A program made the position numbers and the translations under genes. Below are positions 1-13,360 of a stretch of 64,000 nucleotides of DNA, piece by piece (position 1 is the stretch's first letter; each line of letters opens with the position of its first letter). Origin of the DNA: Mobula hypostoma (taxonomy: Eukaryota); NCBI RefSeq assembly GCF_963921235.1, contig NC_086108.1:56484001-56548000 (forward strand), read 5' to 3'. The notes beneath the pieces are model-generated. The model ran no database searches. It was given only the letters and a program-made list of their open reading frames with translations, and was not told the origin of the DNA.

Positions 1-554
1 CCTAGGGCAACACTACCAATAATGGAGAAATTAAAATCAGACATAAACAAAAGCTCAGAATGGGGAGATTACAGAAATCACACTGTAGATTTTAGAGCTA
101 ATGGAGATTTCAGAGTTAGATGGTGAAGGTCACAGAAGGATTGAAGCATTGCTAGACAAGATTCAAGTTAGGGTTTGCAATGTAGTTGTCAATGAATTCA
201 AGTTACAGATGGTGGATGATATCCGCCTGCCAAAAAGTTTGGAAGAATCAGGTGTAGAGATTTGGATGAGTGTTTCAGGAGCAGTTGTGATTGATTATTT
301 ACATCAGTATTGCATAGAACCCCCTTGATGTGAATGGTCCGGTTCAGCTTCATGCTCCTCATCACCTCCAGAACATCCAATCTTCAAGCTGGCTATGTAC
401 CACAATTTTGTCCTGTCTAATCTTGTTTTTTTCCTGTTTTTAAAAAATACACACGGTGATAATTTAAAGTAAGAACATTTGTTTTCTATCTGTAAAGTAC
501 CTGCAGATAATAGAATGAAAAAACAACTGAATCTTTATTTTGTCTATGATTCAG

Positions 555-931
555 GAGTGAATGCTAATGGTTCAGCTGAGACGTCAGATCAGTGGCATGA
601 TTATGGTGAAGTCAAGGAACTAAACTACAATGGGCCTGTCAATAGTTCCACAATTTCAGGACCTGCAAAAATGAGCACAAATGGCTGTGAGAAAGATGAT
701 GGATTCTGTGATCTCAGTCTGGTAAATGCGCAGAATGAGAATGATGAGTTTGAATCAAATTGTGAAATCCCAGCCAAGAGTCTGAAAACAGAAGATGACA
801 CTGAAATTGAGAAGAACAATGCAGATATATCAGAAGCAAGCTTGCATGTGAAATCTGATGTTTCTGAGAATTTGATTCTGTCTGATTCCAGACATCAAAT
901 GCCTGTTGAATTGGATGCTCAACAAATCTAG
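555..931 (+). CDS. MIER1: Last coding exon of MIER1 (mesoderm induction early response 1), beta-like acidic C-terminus
   Basis: Acceptor tttattttgtctatgattcag|GA at 554/555. Translation GVNANGSAE...NGP...TNGCEKD...NENDEFE...PAK resembles my recollection of the human MIER1-beta tail (GVSSNGPGE...NGP...TNGYETD...NENDFDE...RPAK). Stop TAG at 929-931. Convergent SLC35D1 neighbour matches human synteny. Confidence 0.8.
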
Positions 932-1600
932 AAAAAATGTATTTACCTGCTTTTTGTCATCTTGGGGAAGAAAAAACCTGGTTTAATAATTGGGTTGGTT
1001 TGTATAAATTCAGTCATTGACATCAGTGATGTCCTTTTTATATATATATATATCTATATATGTTAATATATATATATATGTAAAAATTCTTATTATGTGG
1101 GCTCAAAATACGCTCTGTATTTTTGCCATATTTCTACATAGAATTTGGAAGGATTTTTTGAATAAATACTTGTTCCTTGCATTCATTTGTGTAAAATTTG
1201 TACAGTTGCTAAGCTTTATCGTGGAAGGGGAAAAATAATAAATATACCAAGAGTCTAATTATGTTTGATTCATTCCATTTTGGTACAACTTTTTTAAATT
1301 ATTAAAATGATGGAATGTTTAAAATATTTAAAAGGTAGTGGTTTTACACTGTCTGCAGTTGTTGTTGGGGTCATAGTTTTTACAAGTCAAATTCATTGAA
1401 GCTTTTTGTATGCTATTGTATTACTGCAGCAAAATTTTCAGCTTGAATATAAAATATTGTCCCTCAGTATTGCTGAGTCACAGTCCTGATTATATGCTGC
1501 ATTTTATTGATATTTTTGATACGACAGCTACAACATGTTGAGATGCATGTTACAAAATAAAATTGTGCAAAAACCCAATTGTGATATTTTTCAATAAAAA
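932..1600 (+). other. MIER1: MIER1 3' UTR with polyadenylation signals
   Basis: AT-rich non-repetitive sequence after the stop, with AATAAA at 1556-1561 and 1593-1598. Confidence 0.6.
1038..1079. repeat. Imperfect (TA)n microsatellite in the MIER1 3' UTR
   Basis: tatatatatatatatctatatatgttaatatatatatatat. Confidence 0.9.
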
Positions 1601-2019
1601 AAATTAATCTCTAAGTTTCAGTTATCCTCTAAGACTCCTATTACTCACAAGGTTATTCTGTGCTAGTGTGTGTGTGTAATTAGGCGTGTCAAAGGTGAGG
1701 GGTGAATGCAAGAAGCTTCGAGGTAGAACCACAGCACTTTAGTCTCTTCTGAGGTATTCTGCAGGGTTGTTCCTGAAGAGCAACATTCCAAAGTGCATAA
1801 TATAATTTTTAAATCTGCATTTGACAAGTTGAAGTGCAGGAACTAGGGATAGACTTCTGGAGTTTATGGTCTAGTGTTACAGGAGGAAATGTGACAGATG
1901 CACTTCCAACACAGGTAAATGTGTGTATGTTTTGATAGAACAGAGTATAAGTTATGATGTGCTCAAACTGAGGTTATTTGTATACAAATATTTGGAAAAT
2001 GGCAAGATCAAGTCCACAA

Positions 2020-5000
2020 CATTTTTATGGGGAAGAGTAAGCAGGAGGAGAGGTAGGCGATTCTGTGGATGCAAAAAGGAAATGGGTGGTAGTTTGCCTC
2101 TCAGGTGCCAAGGTCCGCAATGTCTGAACACGTCCACAATATCCTGAGAAGTGAGGGTGAGCAGCCGGATGTCATGGTCCAAATTGGTACCGACGACATA
2201 GGTAGAAAAGGGAAGGAAGTCTTGAAAAAAGAATACAAGGAATTAGGAATGAAGCTGAGAAGCAGGACCTCAAGCATATAGTAATCTTGGGATTGCTGCC
2301 TGTGCCATGTAACAGTGAGGATACGAATAGAATGAGGTGGCAGATAAATGTGTGGCTGAAGAATTGGACCAGAGGACGGGGATTCAGATTTCAGGATAAT
2401 TGGGACCGACTTTGGGGTAGATGGGACCTGTACAAAAGGGAAGGTCTGTACTTGAATGCGAGGGGGACCAATATTCTTGCAGGTAGGTTTACTAGAGCTG
2501 TTGGGGGGTGGTTTAAAACAACATGGCAGGAAGATGGAATCAGTATGATAGAGCTGAGGATGAGCCAGAAGGTTTACCAGTAGATGATGGATGTAACATG
2601 AGTGTAAGGAAGGGCAAGCCAATGATTGGGTACAAATGCACACAGAGCAACGAGTTAAATTGTACCACACAGAGGCAAAATTCAAAAGGGTGAAGATTGC
2701 AGGAGTGAAGGTGATATATTTAAATGCAAGTAACATTTGGAATAAGGTGGATGAACTCGCAGTGCAACTACAGATTTGCTGATATGATGTTGAGGGTATC
2801 ACTGAGTCGTGGCTGAAAGAAGGCCATAGTTGGGAGAATAATATCAAAGAAAACACTTTGTATTGAAAGGTCAGGCAGGAAGGCATAGGCAGCAGTGTGA
2901 CTCTTGGTAAGAGATGGAATTACATATTTAGAAAGAGGTGGCATAGCATCAGAGAATGTTGAATCATTGTGGGTGTAGTTAAGAAACTGCAAGGGTGAAA
3001 GAAAACTATAGGAATTATATATAGGCCTCCAAATAGTAGCCAAGATGTGGGATTGAGATTGTAAAGGGAGCTGGAAAGGGCATGTAATAAGGGTAATGTT
3101 ACAATTGTAATGGGGGACTTCAATATGCAAGGGGATTGGGAAAATCAGGTTGGTGTCGGATCGCAAGAGAGGGAATTTGTTAAGCACCTGCAAGATAGCT
3201 TATTTAGAACAGCTTGTGTTTGAGCCTACTCGGGGAAAGGCTATCTTAGATTGGGAGGTTATGCTGCAACTGTGCAGGGTGTTGGTGAGGCTGTACCTGG
3301 AGTACTGCATGCAGTTCTGGTCTCCTTACCTGTGGAATGATATACTGGCTTAAGAGGTGTTGCAGAGGAAGTTCACCACGTTGATTCCAGAGATGAGAGG
3401 TTAGACTATGAGGAGAGATTGGGTGCCTGGGACTGTATTTTCTGGAATTCAAAAGAATGAGAGGAGATCTTATAGAAACATAAAATTAGGAAAGGGATGG
3501 ATAAGATAGCAGGAAAGTTGTTTCCACTGTTAGGTGAGACCTGAGCTAGAACTAGAACTCAATATTCAGGGGAGTAGATTTAGGATGAAGATGAGGAGAA
3601 ACTGCTTTTCTCAGAGAGGAGTGGATTTGTGGAATTCTCTGCCCAATATAGCAGTGGAAGCTACCTCAGTAAATATATTTAAGATAAGGTTAGATAGATG
3701 TTTGCATAGTAGGGGAATTAAGGGTTATGGGGGAAAGGCAGTTTGGAGGAGATGAGTCCGTGGCCAGATCAGCCATCGTCTTATTGAATGGTGAGGCAGG
3801 CTCGACAGGCCAGATGGCCTACTCCTGCTCCTATTTCTTATGTTCTTATTGTCAATGATTTGAATAGAATTGATGGCTTTGTGGCAAAGTTTGCAGATGA
3901 TACGAAGATAGGTGGAGGGGTAGGTAGTGCTGAGAAAGCAAAACAATTGCAGAAAGACAGACAAATTAGAAGAATGTGGCAGAAGGAATACAGTGTTGGG
4001 AAATGGATGATAATACATTTTGGTAAAAGAAACAATAGTGCAAACTGTTATCTAAATGGGGAGAATATTCAAACATCAGAGGTACAGAGGGACTTAGGAA
4101 ACCTTTTGCAAGACTCCCAGAAGGTTAATTCACAGATTGAGTCTGTGGTAAAGAAGGCAAATGCAATGTTGGCAATTATTTCAAGGAGAATAGAATATCA
4201 AAGCAAGGAGATAAAGCTGAGACTTTATAAGACACTAGTCAGGCCACAGTTGGAGTATTGTCAACAGTTTTAGGCTCCATATCTCAGAAAGGATGTGTTG
4301 TCATTGGAGAAAGTCCAGAGGAGGTTCACAAGGATGATTCCGGGAATGAAGGGGTCAACATATGAGGAGCTATTGGCAGCTTGGGCTGTTCTGACTGGAA
4401 TTTATAAGAACATGTTGGGATCTCATTGAAACCTATTGAATGTTAAAAGGACTAGATAGGGTGGATGTGGAGAGAATGTTTCCTGTGGTGGGGGTATCCA
4501 GAAATAGAGGGCACAGCCTCAGAACTGTAATAAGATGGAATCACAGAGATAAGATGGAATTTTTTTAGCCAGAGAAAAGTGAATCTGTAGAATGCTCTGC
4601 CATAGACTGCAGTGGAGACCAGGTCCATGGGTATATTGAAGGTGGAAGTTGATAGTTTTCTGATTGGTCAGGGCATCAAAGGATAAGGCGAGAAGGCAGG
4701 TGTATGGGGTTAAGTGGGATCCAGAATCAGAAATGATGTAATGGTCGAGCAGACTTGATGGGCTGAATAGCTTAATTCTGCTCCTATGTCTTTTAGAGAG
4801 GATTCTTTCAGGCAGGATTTGCAAGCATCTGGAGAAGCAGGGGGATAGTCAGAAAGGCTTTGTGAGGGCATGTCAGGCTTCACGAGCCTGAGTGACTAAA
4901 GCAAGTGACTAAACAAAATGAAGGTAGAACAGTGGATGGAATATGCTGAAATATGGGTTTTACTAAGGCAATTGATAAGGTTCCCCATGGTAGGCTCATT

Positions 5001-5700
5001 CAGAAATTCAGAAGGCATGGAATCCTTGGAAACTTGACTGTGTAGATGCAGAACTGGCTTGTCCAAGGAAGGCAGAGGGTGGTGTAGCTGGAGCATATTC
5101 TGCCTGGAGGTCCATGATTAGTGGTATACTGCAGGAATCTGGTCTGGGACCACTGCTCTTTGTGATTTTTATAAACGACTTGGATGAGGAATTAGAAGGG
5201 TGGGTTTGTAAATTCACAGATAGAGTTCCTTCCAGAAAAGTGTGAGGTGATACACTTTGGAAGTTCGAACTTGGAGGCAGAGTACAAGGTTAAAGGCAAT
5301 AATTCTGGCGTTGAAGAGGAAGAAAGGGATCTTTAGAGGGCAAGAATGGAGAGTTATGTGGGAAGGAAGGATTAGATTGATCTTTGAGCGGGCTAAAAAG
5401 TCAGCATAACATCACAGGCTGAGGGCCTGTGCTGTATGTTTTATGATTAATGAGGCAGTTTAAAGGGAATTTTATTTTTTAAGACATGGAATGTAAAGTT
5501 AGGAAGTAATACTAAGCTGTCTAAAACTAAGTTGATATAAGGTCCAGATTAGGCTCCAGAATTTAGGAAAGCAGAAAAAGTTTTGAAGGATGTCCAGAAG
5601 AGATGTACTGGAATATTTCTAGAAATGAGGGATTACAATCGTTGGATTAGATTGAAAAGTTGATTAAATCTTAGAGCAGAAAAGTCAAAGAGGACAACAT
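2020..5700 (+). mobile_element. Cluster of decayed CR1 LINE fragments (ORF1 esterase, endonuclease, several RT 3' ends)
   Basis: Frameshifted motifs: GLLPVP...GFRF.DNW (SGNH esterase-like ORF1), YRPPN, GDFN, KFADDTK, LVRPHLEYC, RVV.LWNSLP. 3' tails ending cctatttcttatgttctt near 3845 and 4790. Confidence 0.9.
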
Positions 5701-8345
5701 GAAATATTACAATATTGAGCTGATCGTAATGCCAGTTTATATAAAATGTCCCATTGTTTATCATCCATATCCCTACATTCCCATTATCTTGTCCTCTTCA
5801 CATAGCTTGCATGAATTGACAGGCAGATAAACTCCATCCCCAATTACTACACTGACAAAGACGTTCCAAGTTGACTTTCTTTAATGTAGCAACTGGCGGT
5901 AGGGTACAACTGACAGAAAGAAAAACATACAATCAAAAGGTGTCCAAATTCCCATTATGGTTAAGTACAAGGCAAGCATTAAGTATACCACAAATGATAC
6001 AAAATAATACACAAGGTACTGTATGCAAATAAGTTCCAAATATATCATAAAGATAGGCTACTGGTAAGCAAGATGTTGCTACATACAATGTATCTTATGC
6101 ACATTTTCTCACTACAAGTTAGCCAGAACATGTGGCCTGCATTATTCAATCTGTATTTTATCTGCACACAAACCATTCAAATATCTCTAATTTGTGGTAA
6201 TATGCATATACATCAATAAATAATAAACCCAAAGATTACTTTTACATACTGACGATGCTTTCAAAGACCTGAATGTCAGGATGACATCGAATGAAAAGGC
6301 ACAAGCTCTCCCTCAACTCTACATGGAGAACTGTCTCGACGCCTGCTGATTTTGTACAGGTCCTTGCTGTCAAACTCACCTGGAGGAATGGGATAAGGGC
6401 CACTTTTCTGTGTGAGCAGCGTGGCAGGAGTGAGAATGAATGGATCTTCTGCATCTGTAGACATGGGCACTAGAGGTCTATTGTTCACAATGGCCATCAT
6501 CTCGGCCATAAATAAAGGTGGTGAGCACCTCATGAGTGAGTTTAGAAGGCCATGACTGGAGAAGCATGGAGTCCAGGATTTTGAGGGTGATGCCCATCAT
6601 TCTCGCCCATGCCCCTCCCATATGGGAGGAATGAGGCGGATTGAATGTCCAGGTACAGCCCTTTTCCGAGAGATACCTCTTCACCACATCTTCGTCAACA
6701 TTGGAGGAGATTCCTAGATCTTTGCACGCTCTGATGAAATTCGTTCCCTTGTCAGAATGAATTTGCTTGACTGGCCCATGGATCGCCAGGAACCTTCTCA
6801 GGGCATTTATAAAACTTGAGCTGTCCATGGAGTCTATGATCTCGAGGTGGATGGCTCTGATGCTTAAACAGGTAAATAAAACTGCCCATCTTTTACTTTC
6901 GGCGTGGCCACCCCTCGTACGGCACGCAGCAATGGTCCAGGGTCCAAATACATCAACACCAACTTGTGTGAAAGGTGGTTCCATGCTGAGTCTATCAGGA
7001 GGTAAGTCAGCCATTTTCTGGACTTCACATGTCCCCCAAAGCTTACGGCAGGTGATGCACTTGAAGATGAAACAGCTTACACACCTTTTGGCACCCACAA
7101 TCAGTAACCAGCTGAGTGGACAGCGCCCTCAGTAAAATGGCATCCTTGATGTTGTGACTCCACATGGTAATGTTGCACAAGGAGTAATGTAACATGATGC
7201 CATTTGGGAATGATTAGGGGCCTCTTCTCTTCATGTTCCAACTGTGATTCCTGTATACGTCCACCGACTCTTAATAGGCTGTCCTCACTAATAAATGGAT
7301 CTAGCATCCTCAGCAGACTGTCCTTAGGGATATCTCTTTGGGTCCTGATGCATTCCATTTCTTCAGCATAAGTTTCCTGCTGCACAGATCGAATGATGAC
7401 ATTTTTGCTCCGACTGAGTTCCTCCACTGTGTATGGTGTCTCACAATGATATCATCCCTTGCAGTTCCCTGTAGAATCTTCTGAGGTCTTCTTGAAAAGG
7501 CATGCAATATGTCTGAGACGAGATATGGCACGAGTAAGAGCCCCCCCCCACGGTAGAAAAGCGCTCAAAGCGCTGAGATCCAAGTCGGCTGTCTTGGGTA
7601 GTGGAAGTGAGCACTGTCACTTGCGTGCGAATTTCTTTATCTTGTTCTGAGTCCACTAGATCAAAGACAGAGTGGCGGCCATTTTCCAGAGTGTTGGTAT
7701 AGTAGGTGCTCACAGTGGCGGGCTTGTGGACATTTCCTAGACAGACGTTGCCAACAATTACCTATCCCAAGTCCAGTTTTTGAGCATAGGGGGAGTCATG
7801 TGGCCCATTTACCTGTTTCCGTACTTTATGGATCCTCATGATGTCTCTTCCAAACAGGATCATGATGGGAGCCTGAGGGCCGAGCTCTGGGATCGTTTGC
7901 GCCAGAGGTTTCAGATGAGCATGATGTGGTGCTGCTTCCGATGTGGGGATTTCAGAGTGAGTATTCGGAATCGCGTTACACTCAGTATTGGTAGAGATAG
8001 AATAACCTGCCCATCCATGGATTCCACCTGAAAGCCATGCACTCTTCTGCCTGCTGTCTCAACCACACCAGCACACGTCTTAAGGAGAATTGTGGCCTGT
8101 GATGTTCAAAAGGTCAAAGAACTCAGACCTTACCAATGAGCGATTACTCTGATCGTCCAGTATTGCATATAACCGGATTGCCTTTTCCTGCTGGCCAGCT
8201 GGGTAGACTTTCACGAGACAAATCTTTGAGCACGATTTTCCAGTGAGGTCGCCATCAACTCTACATGGAGAACTGTCTCGACGCCGACTGATGATGGCAT
8301 CAACTAGAGACACAGATCACATGACCTAAATGACTGCTATATAGC
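5700..8345 (-). mobile_element. Internally deleted BEL/Pao LTR retrotransposon (protease and integrase remnants, LTR fragments)
   Basis: YAILDDQSNRSL protease and integrase QKMADLPPDRL...VGVDVFGPW...LFTCLSIRAIHLE...SDKGTNF...HMGGAW...NNRPL are typical of Pao. An LTR-like 31-mer is duplicated at 6313-6343 and 8255-8285. Confidence 0.85.
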
Positions 8346-9205
8346 CGGTCGATCTGCGCGCTGGCGCACGTTCCCCGGGATAGGGCATCTGAGGGCTCGT
8401 TGAGCTTCCTAGGCCTGTACATAATGTCATAGTTGAAGGTGGAGAGTTCGATTCTCCACCTCAGAATTTTATCATTTTTGATTTTGCTTGGTTACTAAAT
8501 ATGAATGCGACTGAGCGCTGGTCAGTTAGCAGGGTGAACCTTTTGCCAGCGAGATAGTGCCTCCAGTGCCTAATAGCTTCCACAATGGCCTGGGCCTCTT
8601 TCTCCTCCGCGGAGTGCTGAATTTCAGGGCCTGAAGGGTACGGGAGAAGAACGCCACTGGTCTTCCGGCCTAGTTGAGGGTAGCAGCCAGTGTAAAGTTG
8701 GAGGCGTCACTCTCTACTTGGAAGGGAATGGCCTCATCGACCGCATGCATTGCTGCTCTGGCAATGTCCCCTTTTATGTGGTTGAAGGCCGCGCGGGCCT
8801 CGGCTGAGAGGGGGAATGTGGTGGACTTGAGCAGGGGGTGGGCCTTGTTTGTATAGTTAGAGACCCATTGGGCATAATTTGAAAAGAAGCCCAGGCACCT
8901 TTTGAGGGCTCTGAGGGTATTGGGAAGAGGGAGTTCCAACAGGGGGCACATACGGTTGGGGTCAGGGCCAATGACTCCGTTCTCCATGACACACCCAAGG
9001 ATAGCAAGTCGAGTGGTCCCGAATACACACTTGTCCTTGTTATAGGTGAGACTGAAAGCTTTGGCCGCTTGGAGAAATTTTTGGAGGTGGTTGTTGTGAT
9101 CCTGCCGGTCATGACCGCAGATGGTGATGTTATCCAGATATGGGAACGTGGTCTTCAGTTGGCATTGGTTCACCATCCAGTCCATTTCCCCCTGGAAGAC
9201 AGATG

Positions 9206-10790
9206 CAGGTGTCCCCCACCTTTCGAACGTTCGCTTTATGAAACCTCACTGTTGCAAAAGACGTACATTAGTACCCTGTTTTCGCTTTCAGAAGGTGTTT
9301 TCACTGTTACGAAAAAAATCAGCGCGTGATAAAAGGCAGCGCGCGCCCCGAGCAGCCGCTCTCCCCCGGATTCAGAACAGCATTCTAGCCAGCATTGCTT
9401 AAACACGTGTCTGTGAGCAGCCGTTTGCAAGATGAGTTCTAAGGTATTGGAAAAGCCTAAAAGAGCTCGTAAGTGTGTTACACTTAGCGTAAAACTAGAC
9501 ATAATTGAGCGTTTCGATCGTGGTGAACGAAGTAAGGACGAAGTGAGTTTGGCTTGTGGAAGCTGACGAACATGATGTTGAAGAGGTTTTGGCATCCCAT
9601 GACCAAGAACTGATAGATGAAGAGCTGATGCAATTGGAAGAGGAAAGAATTACAATTGAAACTGAATGCAGTAGCAAACGGACTGAAAGTGAAGTCGTCC
9701 AGGAACTGAACGTGAAGCAACTGCGTGAGATTTTCGCTGCAATGATAAAGTACGACTTTAATTTTGAAAGGGTACGTAGGTTTAGGGGATATTTGCAGTT
9801 CTTACAAAGAACTGTATGATAGAAAAATGCGCGAGGCTCAGCAGTCAAGCAAGCCTTCCACATCAGCCGCAGCAGACGACGAACCTCAACCTTCGACATC
9901 GAGGCAGGCAGTCATAAGAGAAGATGAGCTGCCTGCTCTAATGGAAACAGGCGACGAGATGACACTCCAGTGTCCCAACACCCCGCAATTCGCGGAGAAT
10001 GCAGCGGTAGCCGGGAGGCACACAGCACATCTTTAAGAAAAAAGCCGAAATAAACATGCTAATTAATTAGGTGCCGCCCGACACGTAATTGTTGGCTCAG
10101 ATCAGAGACGACGCAATCGGAAATCGGCACTGATCTGGGCCGACAATTATGTGCCGAGTGGCACCTAATTAATTAGCATGTCTATTTCGGCTTTTTTCTT
10201 AAAGATGTGCTGGATGCCTCCCGGCTACCGCTGCACCCCTGCATGCTTCGCGGTTCCGTATCTGTCGGCAGCCTGGAGGGTGGGGGCCACTGCACCACCC
10301 AATCTGCGACGACTCAGCCTAATACACCATCGTCAGTGTGCTCAGCGCTGAACCAATTCCGGTAAGTGACACTACACTGTACATACATTATTTCTACTTT
10401 ACATAGGCTCTGTATTTTTATGTGTTATTTGGTATGATTTGGCAGCTTCATAGCTTAAAGGTTACTGGAGAGCGCTTGCACCGTGTTTTTGCCAACAACG
10501 CTTGCGTGAGATTTTCGCTCCGGAGAACAGTTCAGTAATGATTGTGGAAAAGTATTTCTACTTTATATAGGCTGTGTATTTATCATATCATTCCTGCTTT
10601 TACTATACGTTACTGTTATTTTAGGTTTTATGTGCTATTTGGCATGATTTGGTAGGTTATTTTTGGGTCTGCGAACGCTCACATATTTTTCCCATATAAA
10701 TAAATGGTAATTGCTTCTTCACTTTACGACATTTCGGCTTACAAACTATTTCATAGGAACGCTTTACCTTCGGATGGTGGGGGAAACCTG
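9206..10790 (+). mobile_element. Non-autonomous Tigger/pogo (Tc1-mariner) DNA transposon inserted in the Gypsy RT
   Basis: TIRs caggtgtcccccacc / ggtgggggaaacctg. TA target at 10791-10792, left copy reads TG. RT frame GVTNGV|SVFQ rejoins across the insertion. Remnants of an HTH (VKLDIIERFDRGE) and of the Tigger C-terminal EEVLASHDQEL..EEL. Confidence 0.85.
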
Positions 10791-12627
10791 TACACCATTC
10801 GTGACACCAAAGGGGGCCCACAGGAAGTGATAAAGCCTGCCGTCTGCCTCGAAGGCGGTGAAAGGGCGATCCTCCCGGCGGATGGGGAGCTGATGGTAAG
10901 CGGATTTTAGGTCTATGGTCGAGTACACCTTGTACTGTGCTATCTGATTGACCATATCCGTGATGCGGAGTAGAGGGTACGCGTCGAGCTGCGTGAACCT
11001 ATTGATGGTCTGGCTATAGTCCACGACCATCCTATTCTTCTCCCCGTTCTGAACAACGACCACCTGCGCCCTCCAAGGACTTGTGCTTGCCTCAATGACC
11101 CCCTCCCTGAGCAGCCGCTGCAACTCCGACTTAATGAAGGCTCTGTTCCCCGCGCTGTACCTCCTGCTTTTAGTTGCCACAGGTTTACAGTCGGGGGTCA
11201 GGTTGGCAAACAGCGGTGGAGGAGGGATCCTGAGGGTGGAGAGGCCGCAAGTGGCGTCGGTGCTGCGGCAGTTGGCATGGTGTTGGGTGGGATGTGCGGG
11301 TCGGTGTGTGTGTGTGGTCAGTAGCGGGGTATGTGACGTATCCCTACAAAACTGGGGATTTACGACAGTGATTGGTGGGAGGGGCCCATCATACTTCATT
11401 GTCACGCTTTTCAGGTGGCTCTGGAAGTCGAGCCCCAATAGCACAGAGGCACACTGTTGAGGTATGACCAGTAACGTAAAGTCTAGATATTCTGTGCCCT
11501 GCACCACTAGCGTCGCTACACAAACCCCCCGGATGTCTGTTGTATGCGACCCGGAAGCCATGGTGACCCTTTGACTTACCGGCCATATCATGAGTCCACA
11601 ATGCTGCACCGTGTCCGGGTGGATTAAACTCTCCGTGCTGCCTGTGTCAAACAGGCAACTTGTCCTGCGCCCCTCCACCAGGATGTCCATCATTGACCTT
11701 GCGAGCTGGTGGAGAGCACTTTGGTCGAGGGTCATGGAAGCCAGGGTTGAGTCGCTGTCTTGGTCCAGCGCGGTGGGGTGCCCCGTGAGCACCCGTTGGT
11801 TGTAGGTGGTGGGAGGTGGCGCCGACCAAGATGGCCACCCCCATGTCTCACACGTGGTGGCGGCGTGCAGGGAAGATGGCGGCAGTCAAGATGGCGACCC
11901 CCATGTTTCGCACGCGTCCTGCTCGCGGTTTGGACTTACAGACCTTGGCGAAGTGGCCCTTCTTTCTGTAGCTGGAACAGGTAGCTTGTCGGGCCGCGCA
12001 GTGTTTCTGGGGGTGCTTCTCGAGTAGCACTTCGCGGACTCGCGACTGGCAGCAGCCGAGGTCAATTCGCCGCCGGGTTGCAGGGTCTGCGGCACCCACG
12101 AGGCCATCGGGGGATCGTGTGCCTGGAGAGCCTCAGAGTTGTGCAGGGCGGCCTCCAGCGTATCGGCCAGCTCGATCACCGAACTTAAGGTAAAATCAGC
12201 TTTTTCCAACAGCCGCTGGCTGCATGCTGTCCTGCCGTCAGCCCCTGGCAATTGCAGGCTCGCACGAGTGTCTGTAGGGCCTGGACGAACTCAGCACTTG
12301 ATTCCCCGGGCCGCTGGTGCCGAGTCGCTAAACAATGTCGTGCATAGACACTGTTTATCAGCCGCAGGTATTGTCCTTTGAGGGCGCTCATCACGCTGTC
12401 ATAGCTCGGATGGTCTCTGATCAGCGAGTAGACCCGTGGACTGACCCTGGGGAGTAGGACTCTGCGCCTCGCTACAGGGTCGGCCGCTTTAATCTCCTCT
12501 AGGTATGATTTGAAGCAGGCCAGCCAGAGTTTGAAAGCGTTTCCAGCTTTAGGTGTTTGCGGATTGAGGTCTAACTTGTCTGGTCTGAGAGCGTGTTCCA
12601 TGCTTTAAAATTTACTGCGAATAAAAT

Positions 12628-12860
12628 TGAAGCACCTTCAATAATTCCAAAAGACTGAAGTAGGGTAAATACTGAAAGGCTTTTATTTGCAGTAAAATGT
12701 GACCTCCATGCTGAGTGTCTGCCCCTGGTCTGAGGGGGAGGAGCAGGGCGAAATCACCTTTAGTCAGGGGTCTGTGGGAGGAGCCACAGGGATAGTCAGC
12801 AGATGGCGTGTCCGGACAGTTAACCCAATTACAACATATATGTGCGTGTGGTTTACCACA
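12628..12860 (-). repeat. 5' LTR (233 bp) of the Gypsy element
   Basis: On the minus strand it starts TGTGGT and ends TTCA, contains AATAAA (12682-12687) and lies just upstream of the gag ATG. Confidence 0.75.
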
Positions 12861-12899
12861 AAATGCCACCAAATGTCTGATTCCACTGCTATGCTGTTA

Positions 12900-13360
12900 A
12901 CCCAATACAGGCACCTGCCACTCTGAATAAAAGGAACTTGCCCCTCATGTCACCTTTAAACTTACCTCCTCTAACCTGTAAATCTGCGGGGTTTGACATT
13001 TCTACCCTGGGGAACAGATTCTGACTGACTATCCTGTCTGCCTCCTATCGTGCCTCTTAAAATTTTAAAAACCTCTGTCAGGTGTCCCCTCAGCCTCTGA
13101 CATTCCTAAGGAGAGCAACCCAAATTTGTTCATATTCTCTAATACAAATGACCTCCTGATAAACGTATGCAGCTTTTCCATAGTCTTCACGTTCTTCCTA
13201 TAATGGGGCACACAATACTCCAAGTGTGGCCTGACCAAAGTTTTATATAGCTGTAGTATGAGCTTCTTACCCTTATAATCAACACCCCTACCAATGAAGA
13301 CATGCATGCAACATGCCACCTTTACTACCTTAACAACTTGCTAAGTCACTTTCAATGAAC
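12900..13360 (-). mobile_element. CR1 3' fragment, continuing at about 20073-20900 beyond the LTR insertion
   Basis: LYKTLVRPHLEYC; the CR1 sequence ...ttcaatgaac | ctatgaat...agatccctct rejoins across the LTR element. Confidence 0.75.

Larger units (their letters stand above)
8345..12860 (-). mobile_element. Ty3/Gypsy LTR retrotransposon (5' LTR, gag, protease, RT, RNase H), 3' truncated and interrupted by a Tigger element
   Basis: gag MEHALRPDKLDL at 12601 with CCHC-like knuckles; LFDTGS protease; RMVVDY...DAYPL...IDLKSAYHQL...PFGVTNG; YLDNI; ESDASN RNase H. Confidence 0.92.

Noticed and set aside
1..430. Short ORFs at the window start, and a similar GC-rich stretch at 50900-51250
   Set aside because: Probably old LINE (L2-like) debris; too decayed to call
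479..554. N-terminal part of ORF 479-931
   Set aside because: Intronic; it lies upstream of the splice acceptor at 554
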